Shown here: one piece after another, positions 1-12,271 of the stretch | How positions within the stretch are numbered: position 1 is the stretch's first letter | Layout: each line of letters opens with the position of its first letter | Source of the DNA: Alphaproteobacteria bacterium | GTDB taxonomy: Bacteria > Pseudomonadota > Alphaproteobacteria > Bin95 | Length of the DNA: 64,000 nt | Direction of reading: 5' to 3' | Assembly (NCBI GenBank): GCA_963665325.3 | Contig: OZ224045.1 | Location: 1,056,001 to 1,120,000 of the forward strand | Program-made: the position numbers and the translations under genes | The notes under the pieces: model-generated | What the model was told of the DNA's origin: nothing | Seen by the model: only the letters and a program-made list of their open reading frames with translations | The model's database searches: none

Positions 1-62
1 ATTCCGATTGGTTTTTCCGCGCCCTTCGACCGGAGAAACATACCGCCCTTCGCAGCCCCGGG

Positions 63-1280
63 CTAGCCTTCCGGGCCCTTAACCACGCCCGCATCGTGCA
101 GGCGGCCGATCTCCGCGTCCGGCAGGCCGAGTATGCCGGCGAGAATCTCGTCCGTGTGTTCGCCGAGGCGCGGCGCGGGCCGGGGGCGGCCGCGCTCAAG
201 GCCCTCGAAGTCGAGCGGAGAGCCAGGCACCGGCCAGGTGCCCATGCCGGGCTGCTCGATCCGCTCGAAAAGGGGGTTCCCCTCGACGAGCACCGGATCC
301 GCCGCAAGCTCCCGGAAGGTCTGGTACGGCCCCCAGAGCACCCCACTGGCGTCGAAAGACCCGGCGATCTCGGAGAGCGGGCGCGCCGCGATCCAGGGCT
401 CGACAGCCGCCGCGATCTCCTCGCGCAGGCGCCAGCGGTCCGCCTCGTCGTTCAGGTCCGCGCCGTGTTCCGCCTCGATCCTGCCGAAGGCGAGGTCGAG
501 ACCGGCCGCCTCGGCGATGCCCCGGAGGTTGCGGGAGGTGAACAGGCAGACCATGACATCGCGTCCGTCGGCAGTGCGGAAGTCGCGGCCGAAGGTGCCG
601 TATATGTGGTTGCCGACCCGCGCTCGGTCCTCTCCGTTGACGATGGCCTCCCCGACATAGCCGAGCGTCGCGGTCGCCCAGAGGCCGACATCGAGAAGGG
701 GAAGGCGTATAAGCTGCCCTTCGCCCGTGCGCGATCGTCTGCGCTCGGCCGCGAGCAGGCCGGTCGTGGCGAGCATGCCCGTTGCGATGTCCCAGGCCGG
801 AAGTACGTTGTCGACCGGCCCATCCCAGCCTTCCGGGCCGGTGACATAGGGGAAGCCGACCGAGGCGTTGACGGTGTAGTCCACCTGCGGCGCGCCGCTG
901 CGTGTGCCGAGCACGTTCAGCAGGATGAGGTCCGCGCGCAGGGCCGACAGCGCCTCATAGCCGATCCAGCCGCGCGCAGGCAGATTGGTGAGGAAGATGC
1001 CGCCGCCTGGCCCCGGCGCCGCAATCAGCGCCTGCACCAGTTCGCGCCCGCGGGGGTCGCGGATATCCACCCGAAAGGACCGCTTGCCCTTGTTGAGGCC
1101 GGCCCAGTAGATGCTGTCGCCCTTCTCCGTCACCGGCCAGCGCCGGTGGTCGAGCCCGCCTTCGAGCGCGTCGAAACGGATCACATCGGCGCCGAGCTGG
1201 CCGAGCGCCATGCCGCCGAGCGGCGCGGCGACGAAGGCCGAACCCTCCACGATGCGCAGGCCTTCCAGCAGGTCGTACAT
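63..1280 (-). CDS. CoA-transferase family III (CaiB/BaiF), mesaconyl-CoA isomerase (Mct)-like
   Basis: N-term LEGLRIVEGSAFVAAPLGGMALGQLGADVIRFD, YWAGLNKGKRS, C-term APRLGEHTDEIL; ATG at 1280 with purine-rich RBS. Confidence 0.85.
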   Translation of the reverse strand: MYDLLEGLRIVEGSAFVAAPLGGMALGQLGADVIRFDALEGGLDHRRWPVTEKGDSIYWAGLNKGKRSFRVDIRDPRGRELVQALIAAPGPGGGIFLTNLPARGWIGYEALSALRADLILLNVLGTRSGAPQVDYTVNASVGFPYVTGPEGWDGPVDNVLPAWDIATGMLATTGLLAAERRRSRTGEGQLIRLPLLDVGLWATATLGYVGEAIVNGEDRARVGNHIYGTFGRDFRTADGRDVMVCLFTSRNLRGIAEAAGLDLAFGRIEAEHGADLNDEADRWRLREEIAAAVEPWIAARPLSEIAGSFDASGVLWGPYQTFRELAADPVLVEGNPLFERIEQPGMGTWPVPGSPLDFEGLERGRPRPAPRLGEHTDEILAGILGLPDAEIGRLHDAGVVKGPEG

Positions 1281-1442
1281 GCCTCTCCCCTCCGGGCAAC
1301 GGATACGGCACGGCCGCACCGATATATTGGCGCGGACGGAAAGGGAAGCCGTCGCCGTCTGTCTTGGCGGCGGGAGGTGGGCGTTCTAAGCTTGGACTCT
1401 GGAAGATGCCGTCCGCAGCGGCCGGGCCGGAGACCTGCCTTC

Positions 1443-2933
1443 ATGCTATCGCTCGCAACGATCCTGGAGACCAGCGCCCGCGACCGGCCGGACAAGGTGG
1501 CCATAGTGCAAGGGCCAGCGCGCATCAGCTACCGGGAGCTGGACGCGCGGGCGCAGGCGGTTGCCGCGGACCTTGCCGGGCGGGGGATCGGGCCGGGGGA
1601 CATCGTGGCGCTTGCCTGCCCCAATGTGCCGGCCTTTCCGGCCTTTTATTTCGGCGTGCTGAAGGCCGGGGCGACGGTGCTGCCGGTCTCCATCCTGCTC
1701 AAGCGCGACGAGATGGCCTACCTGCTGAACGACAGCGGGGCGAAGGCGCTGGTATGCCACGAGGGCTCGGCCGAACTACCGCTGGGCGAGGTGGGCCGCG
1801 CCGCTTTCGGCGATGCGCCGGACTGCAGGCATTTCATCGAGGCGGATGGGCCCGTGGCGGACGCTGCCTTCGATACCGTGCAATGCGGCCCCGATGACAC
1901 GGCGGTCGTGCTCTACACCTCCGGCACGACCGGCCGGCCGAAGGGCGCGATGCTGACGCACTCCAACCTGCTGATGAACGCGCAGCTCTGCGTGGACCTC
2001 GGCGAAGTGCGCCTGGAGGATGTCGTGCTGGTCGCGCTGCCGCTCTTCCACGTGTTCGGCCAGGTGGTGCAGATGCTGGCCGCGTTCCGCAAGGCGGCGA
2101 CCATGGTGTTGGCGCCCCGCTTCGAGCCGGGCCTCTGCCTAGGCCTGATGGAGAGCGAGAAGGTGACGCTGTTCTCGGGCGTGCCGACCATGCTCTGGGC
2201 GCTGCTGACCTATCCCGACGCGGAGAAGCACGACCTCGCCGCCATCGCCTCGACGCTCCGGCAGGTCACGGTCGGCGGCGCCTCGACGCCGGTTGAAATC
2301 TTGCGCGGCTTCGAGACCAAGTTCGATGTGACCGTGCTGGAAGGCTACGGACTTTCGGAGACCTCGCCGGGCGTGTCCTTCAACCAGCTCGACCGCGAGC
2401 GGAAGGTGGGCTCGGTCGGCCTGCCGGTCTGGGGCGTCGAAGTGCAGGTGGTGGACCCGGACGACAATCCCGTGCTCGCGGGCGAACACGGCGAGGTGGT
2501 GGTGCGCGGCCACTGCGTGATGAAGGGCTATCTGGGCCGCCCGGAGGAGACCGCCGAGGTGCTGCGCGGCGGCTGGTTCCACACCGGCGATATCGGCCGC
2601 TTCGACGAGGACGGCTACCTGTATATCGTGGACCGGCTGAAGGAGATGATCATCCGGGGCGGGTTCAACGTCTATCCGCGCGAGGTCGAGGAGCTTCTCG
2701 TGACCCACCCGGAGGTCTCGCTCGCCGCGGTGCTCGGCGTGCCGGACGAACAGTACGGAGAAGAGATCAAGGCCTACATCGTGCCGACGGCAGGCGCTAA
2801 GCCCGACCCCGACGCCATCGTCGCCTGGGCGCGGGAGCGTCTGGCGGGTTACAAATATCCCCGTATAGTCGAACTCAGGGAAAGCCTGCCGCTGGGTGCG
2901 ACGGGCAAGATCCTGAAGCGCGACCTGAGCTGA
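1443..2933 (+). CDS. long-chain fatty acid-CoA ligase (ANL superfamily)
   Basis: YTSGTTGRPKG, EGYGLSETSP, GWFHTGD, GKILKR motifs. Confidence 0.9.
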   Translation: MLSLATILETSARDRPDKVAIVQGPARISYRELDARAQAVAADLAGRGIGPGDIVALACPNVPAFPAFYFGVLKAGATVLPVSILLKRDEMAYLLNDSGAKALVCHEGSAELPLGEVGRAAFGDAPDCRHFIEADGPVADAAFDTVQCGPDDTAVVLYTSGTTGRPKGAMLTHSNLLMNAQLCVDLGEVRLEDVVLVALPLFHVFGQVVQMLAAFRKAATMVLAPRFEPGLCLGLMESEKVTLFSGVPTMLWALLTYPDAEKHDLAAIASTLRQVTVGGASTPVEILRGFETKFDVTVLEGYGLSETSPGVSFNQLDRERKVGSVGLPVWGVEVQVVDPDDNPVLAGEHGEVVVRGHCVMKGYLGRPEETAEVLRGGWFHTGDIGRFDEDGYLYIVDRLKEMIIRGGFNVYPREVEELLVTHPEVSLAAVLGVPDEQYGEEIKAYIVPTAGAKPDPDAIVAWARERLAGYKYPRIVELRESLPLGATGKILKRDLS

Positions 2934-2947
2934 GGAGGACCGGAGCG

Positions 2948-3739
2948 ATGCAACTCACCCCCGAACAGGTCTCCCGCTACGAACGGGACGGCCACCTCTT
3001 TCTCGAAGGCATCTTCAGCGAAGAGGAGGCCGCGCTGTTGCGCAGCGAGGCCGATACGGTGTTCGCGAGCGGGCGCGAGGAGGTCTGGCGCGAGGACAAT
3101 GGCGCGCCGCGCACCGCGTTTGCCGCGCACCGCTACAACGAGATGTTCGGCCGCCTGGGCGCGCATCCGCGCCTGATCCGCCCGGTCGAGCAATTGCTCG
3201 GCGAATCGGTTTACATGCACCAGTACAAGGTGAACGCCAAGGCGGCCTTCGACGGCGCCGTCTGGCAGTGGCACCAGGATTTCGGCACCTGGCACCGCGA
3301 TGACGGCATGCCCGAGCCGCGGGCCATGAACATCGCCGTGTTCCTCGATCCCGTGACGGCTGCCAACGGGCCGCTGATGTTCCTGACGAGCAGCCACCGC
3401 GAGGGCGTGTTCGAGGCCGGACACGACCTGGAGACGACCAGCTATCCGCTCTGGACGCTGGACCGTGAGACGGTCGCGCGTCTCGCCGGCGAGGGCGGCA
3501 TCGCGGCGCCGACGGGCGAGCCGGGCTCGGTGGTGATGTTCCACAGCAACCTCGTCCATGCGAGCCCGCCCAATATCAGCCCGTGGGACCGGGTGATCGT
3601 CTATCTCAGCCTCTGCGCGGTCTCCAACCACATAACGCGCCACAAGCGCGCGGAGTGGGTCGCGCACCGGGATTTCGACCCCATCCAGCCGCTTCCCGAC
3701 GATTGCCTCATTCCGGAAGCCGCCGCAGCCGCCGAATAG
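2948..3739 (+). CDS. PhyH-family Fe(II)/2-oxoglutarate dioxygenase (ectoine/proline hydroxylase-like)
   Basis: WQWHQDFGTW HxD motif, NGPLM, LVHASPPN..R. Confidence 0.85.
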   Translation: MQLTPEQVSRYERDGHLFLEGIFSEEEAALLRSEADTVFASGREEVWREDNGAPRTAFAAHRYNEMFGRLGAHPRLIRPVEQLLGESVYMHQYKVNAKAAFDGAVWQWHQDFGTWHRDDGMPEPRAMNIAVFLDPVTAANGPLMFLTSSHREGVFEAGHDLETTSYPLWTLDRETVARLAGEGGIAAPTGEPGSVVMFHSNLVHASPPNISPWDRVIVYLSLCAVSNHITRHKRAEWVAHRDFDPIQPLPDDCLIPEAAAAAE

Positions 3740-3778
3740 ACCGGGAACTCCTTCGCGCCCGACGGACGCGGCAACGGC

Positions 3779-4735
3779 ATGAGCCTGCGCCTCCGCCTCG
3801 CTTTCGAGGACGGCACGGAGCGCGAAATCGTCGGCCAGCCTTGGCAGACGGTATTCCAGTCGGCCCAGGCGCAGGGAATCGAGCTCGCCACGGATTGCCG
3901 CGAGGGCGCCTGCGCCACCTGCAAGGCGCGCTGCACCGAAGGCGAATACGATGCCGGCGACGCCAGCCCCGAGGCGCTGACCGCCGAGGAGGAGGCCGCC
4001 GGCCTCGTGCTGACCTGCCAGATGCGCCCGTTCGGCGACTGCGCGCTCCGGTTCCCCTATCCCTTCTCGCTGACGGGAGGCGCGGTGAGCACGCAGGCGA
4101 TGCTCGCCGCGCTGGAGCGCGTTGCCGAGGACACGGTGCGCTTCGAGCTGGCGCTCGACGAAGACATGCCCTTCCTGCCGGGCCAGTACGCCCGGATCAG
4201 TGTGCCCGGCACCGGGGCCGAGCGCGCCTTTTCCTGTTCCCGTCGGGACCGGAGAGAGTTCCACGCGCGGCTGCTGCCGGACGGTCTCATGTCGGGCTAT
4301 CTGGCATCGCGCGCGAGGCCGGGTGACCGGCTCGAAATGTCCGGCCCCTATGGCGGGTTCTTCCTTCGTGAGCCGCTGCGCCCCGTCCTGATGGTGGCGG
4401 GTGGGACCGGCCTTGCCCCGATCCTTGCGATGCTGGAAGCGCTGGAAGGGCGGCAGCCGGCGGCCGTGCTGTTCGGCGCGGCCACCGCGGACCGGCTGTT
4501 CGCCCTCGACCGCCTGGCTGCGAGCGGCGCGCAGGTGAGCATCGCGGTTGGGGAGCCGGGCAGAGACCCTTCCTTCCATACCGGCTTTGTCACCGATCTG
4601 ATCGATCCGCCGGCGACGGACATCGACGCCTATGTCTGCGGCCCGCCGGCCATGATCGACGCGGCCCGGGCCCGGCTCCGGGAGGCGGGTGTCACAGAGG
4701 AGCGCATTCATTGCGAACGCTTCCTGCCGAGTTGA
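3779..4735 (+). CDS. 2Fe-2S ferredoxin:NAD(P) reductase, BenC/XylZ-like
   Basis: CREGACATC...LTCQ 2Fe-2S motif, GPYG, GGTGLAP, YVCGPP, ERF. Confidence 0.85.
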   Translation: MSLRLRLAFEDGTEREIVGQPWQTVFQSAQAQGIELATDCREGACATCKARCTEGEYDAGDASPEALTAEEEAAGLVLTCQMRPFGDCALRFPYPFSLTGGAVSTQAMLAALERVAEDTVRFELALDEDMPFLPGQYARISVPGTGAERAFSCSRRDRREFHARLLPDGLMSGYLASRARPGDRLEMSGPYGGFFLREPLRPVLMVAGGTGLAPILAMLEALEGRQPAAVLFGAATADRLFALDRLAASGAQVSIAVGEPGRDPSFHTGFVTDLIDPPATDIDAYVCGPPAMIDAARARLREAGVTEERIHCERFLPS

Positions 4736-4758
4736 GGCGCGCGCGCCGGCCGGCGGCG

Positions 4759-6165
4759 ATGCTGGCGCTGTGCGCCGCCCTGGCGGCATGGCCGCTCGCA
4801 GGTGCGCGGCTTGCGGCGGAGCCGTTGCCACCGCCGGCCGAAGCGCTGATCGCAGAGGCCGGCCTGGAAGGCGCGCGCACCGGCTACATCGTGGCCGACC
4901 TCGACGGAGGCGCGGTGCTGGCATCGCGGCGCGCGGACGAAGCCTTCCTGCCGGCCTCCACCGCCAAGATCGCGACCGCCGTAGCGGCGCTCGAAATCCT
5001 GGGCGGCGGGCACCGGTTCGAGACCGCGCTGCAACTCTCCGGCGAGGACCTCTATCTGGTCGGCGGCGGCGACCCGCTGTTGGCGGTGGAGGATCTGATG
5101 TCGCTCGCGCGGGCCGGCGTGGAGGCCGGACTGGCCGAGGCGGGGTTCTTCTACGACGACAGCCTACTCCCGCGCGCCTCCGAGATCGACGCCGGGCAAA
5201 GCGGCAGGGCGGTGTACAACCCGGGCGTTTCGGCGCTCTCGCTTTCCTTCAACCGGCGACGGCTCATTTGGCGCGCCCCGGCGGGAGGCGGGCTGGAGGC
5301 GTTTGCCCTGCCCGGCGGCGACCTGGCGCCGTTGATGGCGGCTGTGGGCAGGGGCGAACCCGTTGTGCGGCGCATCGGGACGCCGAAGGGCTCCACTTGG
5401 AATGTGGCGGGGCCGGGGGATGGCAAGACCTGGGTGCCGGTATGGCGGCCCGCGCGGTTTGCCGCCAGCCTGTTCCGGGACCTCGCGGGCATGCAGGGGC
5501 TGGCCCTCGGCGAACCGCAAGCCGGAACCGCGCCGGCCGAGGCCCGAACCGTCGCCCGGCACCGCGGGCAGAGACTGATCGATATCGTCGGCCTGACCCT
5601 CCACTACAGCAACAACCTGCTCGCCGAACTGGTGGGCCTCGGCGCGTCCCGGAAGCTGGCCGGCAAGTCCGGCGCGCTGGCGGTGTCCGCCGCGCGCTTG
5701 CAGGCCGAACTGGACCGGCGCCTCGGCGGCGACGGGACCGCCTGGCTGCTCGACCGCCATTCGGGCCTCAGCAGCAAGGCACGCGCCTCTCCGCGCCGGA
5801 TGGCGGCGCTGCTGCGCTACGCCGACGGGCGTCGCTACGGGGGCCGCAGCTTCGAGTCTCTGCTGCCGATTTCCGGCTGGAAGGGGTCGCTGGCGGGCTG
5901 GGAGGAAGAACCGGCGCTGGCGTTCCGCGTCTGGGCCAAGACCGGCACAATGTATTACGGCCGCGGCCTTGCCGGCTATCTCTACACCGCCTCTGGACGA
6001 AAACTGGCCTTTGCGCTCTTCACCAGCGACCTCGACGAACGCCGGCGGCTGGACGCGCTCGGCCCGGAGCCGGAAGCAGAGGAGAAGGAACTGGCGGAAG
6101 CCTGGCTCGCGAAGGCAAGGGATCTGGAGCGGAACTTGCTCAAACGCTGGGCGCTGGCATTCTAG
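4759..6165 (+). CDS. dacB: D-alanyl-D-alanine carboxypeptidase/endopeptidase (peptidase S13, PBP4)
   Basis: PASTAK (SxxK), SNN, AKTGT, GGGDP; signal peptide; exact start uncertain. Confidence 0.8.
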   Translation: MLALCAALAAWPLAGARLAAEPLPPPAEALIAEAGLEGARTGYIVADLDGGAVLASRRADEAFLPASTAKIATAVAALEILGGGHRFETALQLSGEDLYLVGGGDPLLAVEDLMSLARAGVEAGLAEAGFFYDDSLLPRASEIDAGQSGRAVYNPGVSALSLSFNRRRLIWRAPAGGGLEAFALPGGDLAPLMAAVGRGEPVVRRIGTPKGSTWNVAGPGDGKTWVPVWRPARFAASLFRDLAGMQGLALGEPQAGTAPAEARTVARHRGQRLIDIVGLTLHYSNNLLAELVGLGASRKLAGKSGALAVSAARLQAELDRRLGGDGTAWLLDRHSGLSSKARASPRRMAALLRYADGRRYGGRSFESLLPISGWKGSLAGWEEEPALAFRVWAKTGTMYYGRGLAGYLYTASGRKLAFALFTSDLDERRRLDALGPEPEAEEKELAEAWLAKARDLERNLLKRWALAF

Positions 6166-6205
6166 CGCCGGCCCCCGGGTATCGCGGGGGTGGGGAGAGG
6201 AGCCG

Positions 6206-6867
6206 ATGACCTTCACCTGCATTGCGCGGGATGCGGCCACGGGCGAACTCGGCATCGCCACCGCAACCCGCTCGCTCGCCGTCGGGGTCCGCGTGCCGCA
6301 TGTCTCGCGCCTCGGCGCGGTCGCCATCATGGCGATTGCGGATTACCGCTTGGGCCGGCTGGCGCAGGACCTGCTGGCCAACGGATGCCGGGCCGAGGCG
6401 GTGATCGACGGCCTCGTTGCCACCGACCCGCACCCCGAATACCGGCAGTTGGGCGTGATCGACGCCCAAGGCCGGGCGGCGGCGCGCACCGGCAGGGAGA
6501 ACCGGGATTTCGCCGGCCACCATGTGCGGGACGGGCTGATTGCGCTCGGCAATGTACTGGTCGGCGAGCATGTGCTGGACGCCATCGAGGCGGGCTTTGC
6601 GGGCGACACGTTCGCCGAGCGCCTGCTCGCCGCGCTTGAGGCCGGGCGCGACGCGGGCGGCCAGCATGGCGGGCAGAACTCCGCCGCCCTCGTCGCCTGG
6701 GCCGGGCACGGTTTCCCCAGCGTCGACCTGCGCGTGGATATCCACGACGAGCCGGTGGGCGAGCTGAGGCGCGTGTTCGATGCCTGGAAACCGGCCGCCG
6801 ACTACTATACCGAGCGCCAGCTCGACCCCCGCGTGCGCCCCCTGCACGAGACGCTGCCGGACAAGGG

Positions 6868-6874
<7 letters not shown>
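6206..6874 (+). CDS. DUF1028 family (Ntn-hydrolase-like) protein
   Basis: MTFTCIARD..G.LGIA, RQLG, GNVL, DLRVD.H.EP..EL. Confidence 0.8.
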
Positions 6875-9141
<2,267 letters not shown>

Positions 9142-9235
9142 CGCCTGTATCCCCGCCTTCCGGCTCTTCGTCGATACTGGAATCCTAGTCCGGCAGCAGA
9201 CCCTTTGCCAATGCTGCCTCCGCCGGGCGCAGCCC

Positions 9236-10336
9236 CTACCCGTCCAGCGCCGCGCAATGCTGCGACAAGGCGGGCAGGACATCCTCGGCGAGGCGTTGCA
9301 TGGAGGCGCGGCAGAGGTCCGGGTCTTCCCAGTCATGCATCCCGATCAGCAGCGTGCCGAAGGCGCCGATCTCCTCGCGGAGCGCGACCAGCCGGTCGAG
9401 CACCGTGGCCGCCGTGCCGCAGATCGGGATTTCCGCGACCGCCTCCTCCACGTCGAGCAGTGCGTTCAGCTCTTCGGCGGGCGCGTCCGCGATTGCCTTC
9501 ACCTCCGGCAGCCGGCGCAGGCTGCGCAGATAACGGAAGTAGAAATGGAAAACCCCGTCCGGGTCGCCGAGAATGTCATCCGCTTGGCCCTCGCTCTCGA
9601 CCACAAGCAGGTTGCGCGCCACCCGCCAGACGGAAGGGTCCGCGGGCCGGCCCGCCTTCTCGGCCGCCTCGGCATAGAGCGGCCAGTGGGTCGCCACGTC
9701 GCGCGAGGGGATGAAATTCGCCGAGATCGGGATCCAGCCGCGCGCGCCGCACACACCGGCCGAGCCCGAATTGGCGGAAACCATCGCCATGGCGATCGGC
9801 GGGTGCGGGTCCTGGTAGGGCTTGGCGATAAGCCCGACACCGTGGCGCGGATAGACCGCCTCGTCGATGGCGATGTCCCACCAGGGATTGTCGAAGCGGT
9901 AGGGCGGCTCGCCCTGCCAGAGCTCCAGCACGATGTCGATGGCGGCCAGCATCATGCGCTGGCGCTCGGCCGGATCGTGATGGCCGTACATCTCGGCGTC
10001 GCTGACGAGCCCGCCCGGCCCGATGCCGAACAGGAAGCGGCCTTCGCTGAGCTGGTCGAACAGCGCTACGTGGCTCGCGACCGTCACCGGATGATGGTGC
10101 GGGATGTTGATGACGCCGGTGCCGAAGCGGATCGAGCGTGTCTCGCGGATGAGCGTGGCGAGGAAGATCAGCGGCGAGGTGATCTGCTCGACCTTGGAGG
10201 TGAAATGCTCGCCGATCCACGCCTCGGAATAGCCGAGCCGGTCCGCCAGCAGGATCGCCTCGCGGTCCTCCTCCAGCGTCTGGAGAAACGGCTTTTCCGG
10301 GCGATGCAGGGGCATCGAGAACAGGCCGAGCTTCAT
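9236..10336 (-). CDS. luciferase-like (LLM) flavin-dependent monooxygenase
   Basis: MKLGLFSMPLH, AWIGEH, FGTGV..PHHHP, GIGPGGL.SD. Confidence 0.85.
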   Translation of the reverse strand: MKLGLFSMPLHRPEKPFLQTLEEDREAILLADRLGYSEAWIGEHFTSKVEQITSPLIFLATLIRETRSIRFGTGVINIPHHHPVTVASHVALFDQLSEGRFLFGIGPGGLVSDAEMYGHHDPAERQRMMLAAIDIVLELWQGEPPYRFDNPWWDIAIDEAVYPRHGVGLIAKPYQDPHPPIAMAMVSANSGSAGVCGARGWIPISANFIPSRDVATHWPLYAEAAEKAGRPADPSVWRVARNLLVVESEGQADDILGDPDGVFHFYFRYLRSLRRLPEVKAIADAPAEELNALLDVEEAVAEIPICGTAATVLDRLVALREEIGAFGTLLIGMHDWEDPDLCRASMQRLAEDVLPALSQHCAALDG

Positions 10337-10367
10337 TCCGCGCTTCCTCTCCGGCGTCGGGCGCGGG

Positions 10368-11438
10368 TCAGGCTATAGCACGGGCGCTCGTCGGGGAATC
10401 CGGAGCGGCGGCCTCCCGCGCCTCGCGGCCGAGCGCGGCCAGGCGGATGGCGTGGACCCTGCCGGCGACATTCTCCGAGGCCTTCATGTCGGCGATCAGC
10501 GCAGCGCGGGCCGGATCGCCGGGCAGGTCCAGCGCCTCGAATGCGGCGAGGAAATCGCGCTGCTGCTGCCTTGCTGCCAGCAGACGGGCATCGTCCCTGC
10601 CGGCAAGCGCGGCCAGCGCCTCGAAGGACACCAGCCGGGCCGCGAGTTCGCCGAGCGTCTCGTCCTCGAGCCCCGCCTCGGCGGCATCGTCCAGCAGCGC
10701 TTCCATCGCGCCTTGCTGCGAGCCCAGCTTGAGCAGGTCCTCGACATTGCGCAGCGGTCTGGCGAAGGAGCTCCAGATGTCGGTGTTCGGGGCAAGCTGC
10801 GCGGACGCGGGCAGGCGGACATCCCGGAGGTTGAGCCCGCAATGGCCCGTCGGGCGCAGGAACTCGACAGCGCCCGCCTCCGTGCGGGTGAGGCCGGGCG
10901 CATCCCTGGGCACGAGGAAGGTGCCGAACCGCTTGCGCCCGCCCGTTACCCCGGTAATCGCCACCACGATGAAGAGGCCGGCGGAGGGGCCGTTGGTGAT
11001 CCAGGCCTTCTCGCCGTCGAGCCGCCAGCCGCCGTCCGGTAATTCTTCGGCGCGCGCCTTCAGATATTTCGGGTGGGCGCCGGCGCCAGGCTCCGAAATC
11101 GCCGCCGCCAGCGTGGTCTCGCCGCGCGCCAGGCGGGGTAGCCATTCTTGTTTCTGCTCTTCGTCGCCGAGGCGGGCGAGCGCGAAATGGCTGAGCGTGC
11201 AATGCACCTTCCAGGCGAGCATGGCCCCGAGGCTCCGCCCGTGGCGCACCATGTCCCGGCAGCCGCCCGCAAGCCGTTCGAGGTCCCAGCCGCGGCCTCC
11301 ATAGTCCTCGGGAACGGTGAGGCCGAGCAGGCCGGCTTCGGCAAGGCCCTGCCAGAGCTCGGGCGGATAGTCGCCGCTGGAGCGCAGACCGTCACGGCCG
11401 CGGATCAGGCGGGCGGCGGCCGCCGCGACGGTGCTCAC
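10368..11438 (-). CDS. acyl-CoA dehydrogenase family protein (short, divergent C-terminus)
   Basis: VPEDYGG, ISEPGAG, LDGEKAWITNG. Confidence 0.8.
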   Translation of the reverse strand: MSTVAAAAARLIRGRDGLRSSGDYPPELWQGLAEAGLLGLTVPEDYGGRGWDLERLAGGCRDMVRHGRSLGAMLAWKVHCTLSHFALARLGDEEQKQEWLPRLARGETTLAAAISEPGAGAHPKYLKARAEELPDGGWRLDGEKAWITNGPSAGLFIVVAITGVTGGRKRFGTFLVPRDAPGLTRTEAGAVEFLRPTGHCGLNLRDVRLPASAQLAPNTDIWSSFARPLRNVEDLLKLGSQQGAMEALLDDAAEAGLEDETLGELAARLVSFEALAALAGRDDARLLAARQQQRDFLAAFEALDLPGDPARAALIADMKASENVAGRVHAIRLAALGREAREAAAPDSPTSARAIA

Positions 11439-11854
11439 CGGCGATGGATCGGGTAGCCGTGCTCGTCCGACGCGCCGTCGCGGTAGTTCACGATCCGCTT
11501 CGGGCTGAGGTGAATGCCCATGAGCCGCATGGCCTTGTCGCCGACGGCGGCGAAATTATGCCGCCGCTCGGGGGGCAGGGCCACGGTGTCGCCGGCTTCG
11601 AGGCGGGTGCGCTCGTCCTCCGCGCCCTCCAGCCAGACATCGCAGCTTCCCTCCAGGATATGCAGGATTTCCACATAGGGATGCGCATGCAGGCCCGGTT
11701 CGTAGCCGGGCTCGGCCGTCTGGATGCCCACCCGGATCGGGAAGCCCGCCTCCTCGCCGAGCAGGATGGGGTTGTAGAAGGACTCGGGCGAAAACGGCAC
11801 CGTCTCAGTATCCGCAAGGCGGACGATCTTCGCTTCGGTCATGGTATCGGACAT
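11435..11854 (-). CDS. cupin domain protein
   Basis: HAHPYVEILHILEG and LEAGDTVALPPERRH cupin motifs; GAGGAGG RBS. Confidence 0.8.
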   Translation of the reverse strand: MSDTMTEAKIVRLADTETVPFSPESFYNPILLGEEAGFPIRVGIQTAEPGYEPGLHAHPYVEILHILEGSCDVWLEGAEDERTRLEAGDTVALPPERRHNFAAVGDKAMRLMGIHLSPKRIVNYRDGASDEHGYPIHRR

Positions 11855-12271
11855 GGGGCGCGGCCTCCTCAAGCGGCATTCTCGCAGGTGCCGCGTCCGG
11901 CGTCGAGGCGTTGCGGCCCGGCGATGAACTCAGGTTTTTTTCCTAATTTATGTTGACATTACGGAACAAAACGCAATATGGAACGGGAGCGGCAAGGGCC
12001 GGAAGGAGCGGGAAGAATACGGATGCCGGAAGAATTTCCCTGACGCGCCACCGCGGTGCGGCGATCGGATGGACCGGTGTGAGGCGCAGCCCTGGCGGGC
12101 AACGGGCGAAGTGCGTCCTCAATCCGGAAAATCCGGCCGAAAATCGGAATGGGTTGATCTCCCGCCGCCTGTCCTTCAAGGCTCCCCCGACCGCTTCGCC
12201 TTACCCGCCGCACCGGTGAATTTGGTCTTCGCGGTCGACTGAGGTGGCGACAGGAAGACGTTCCGCTCAAC

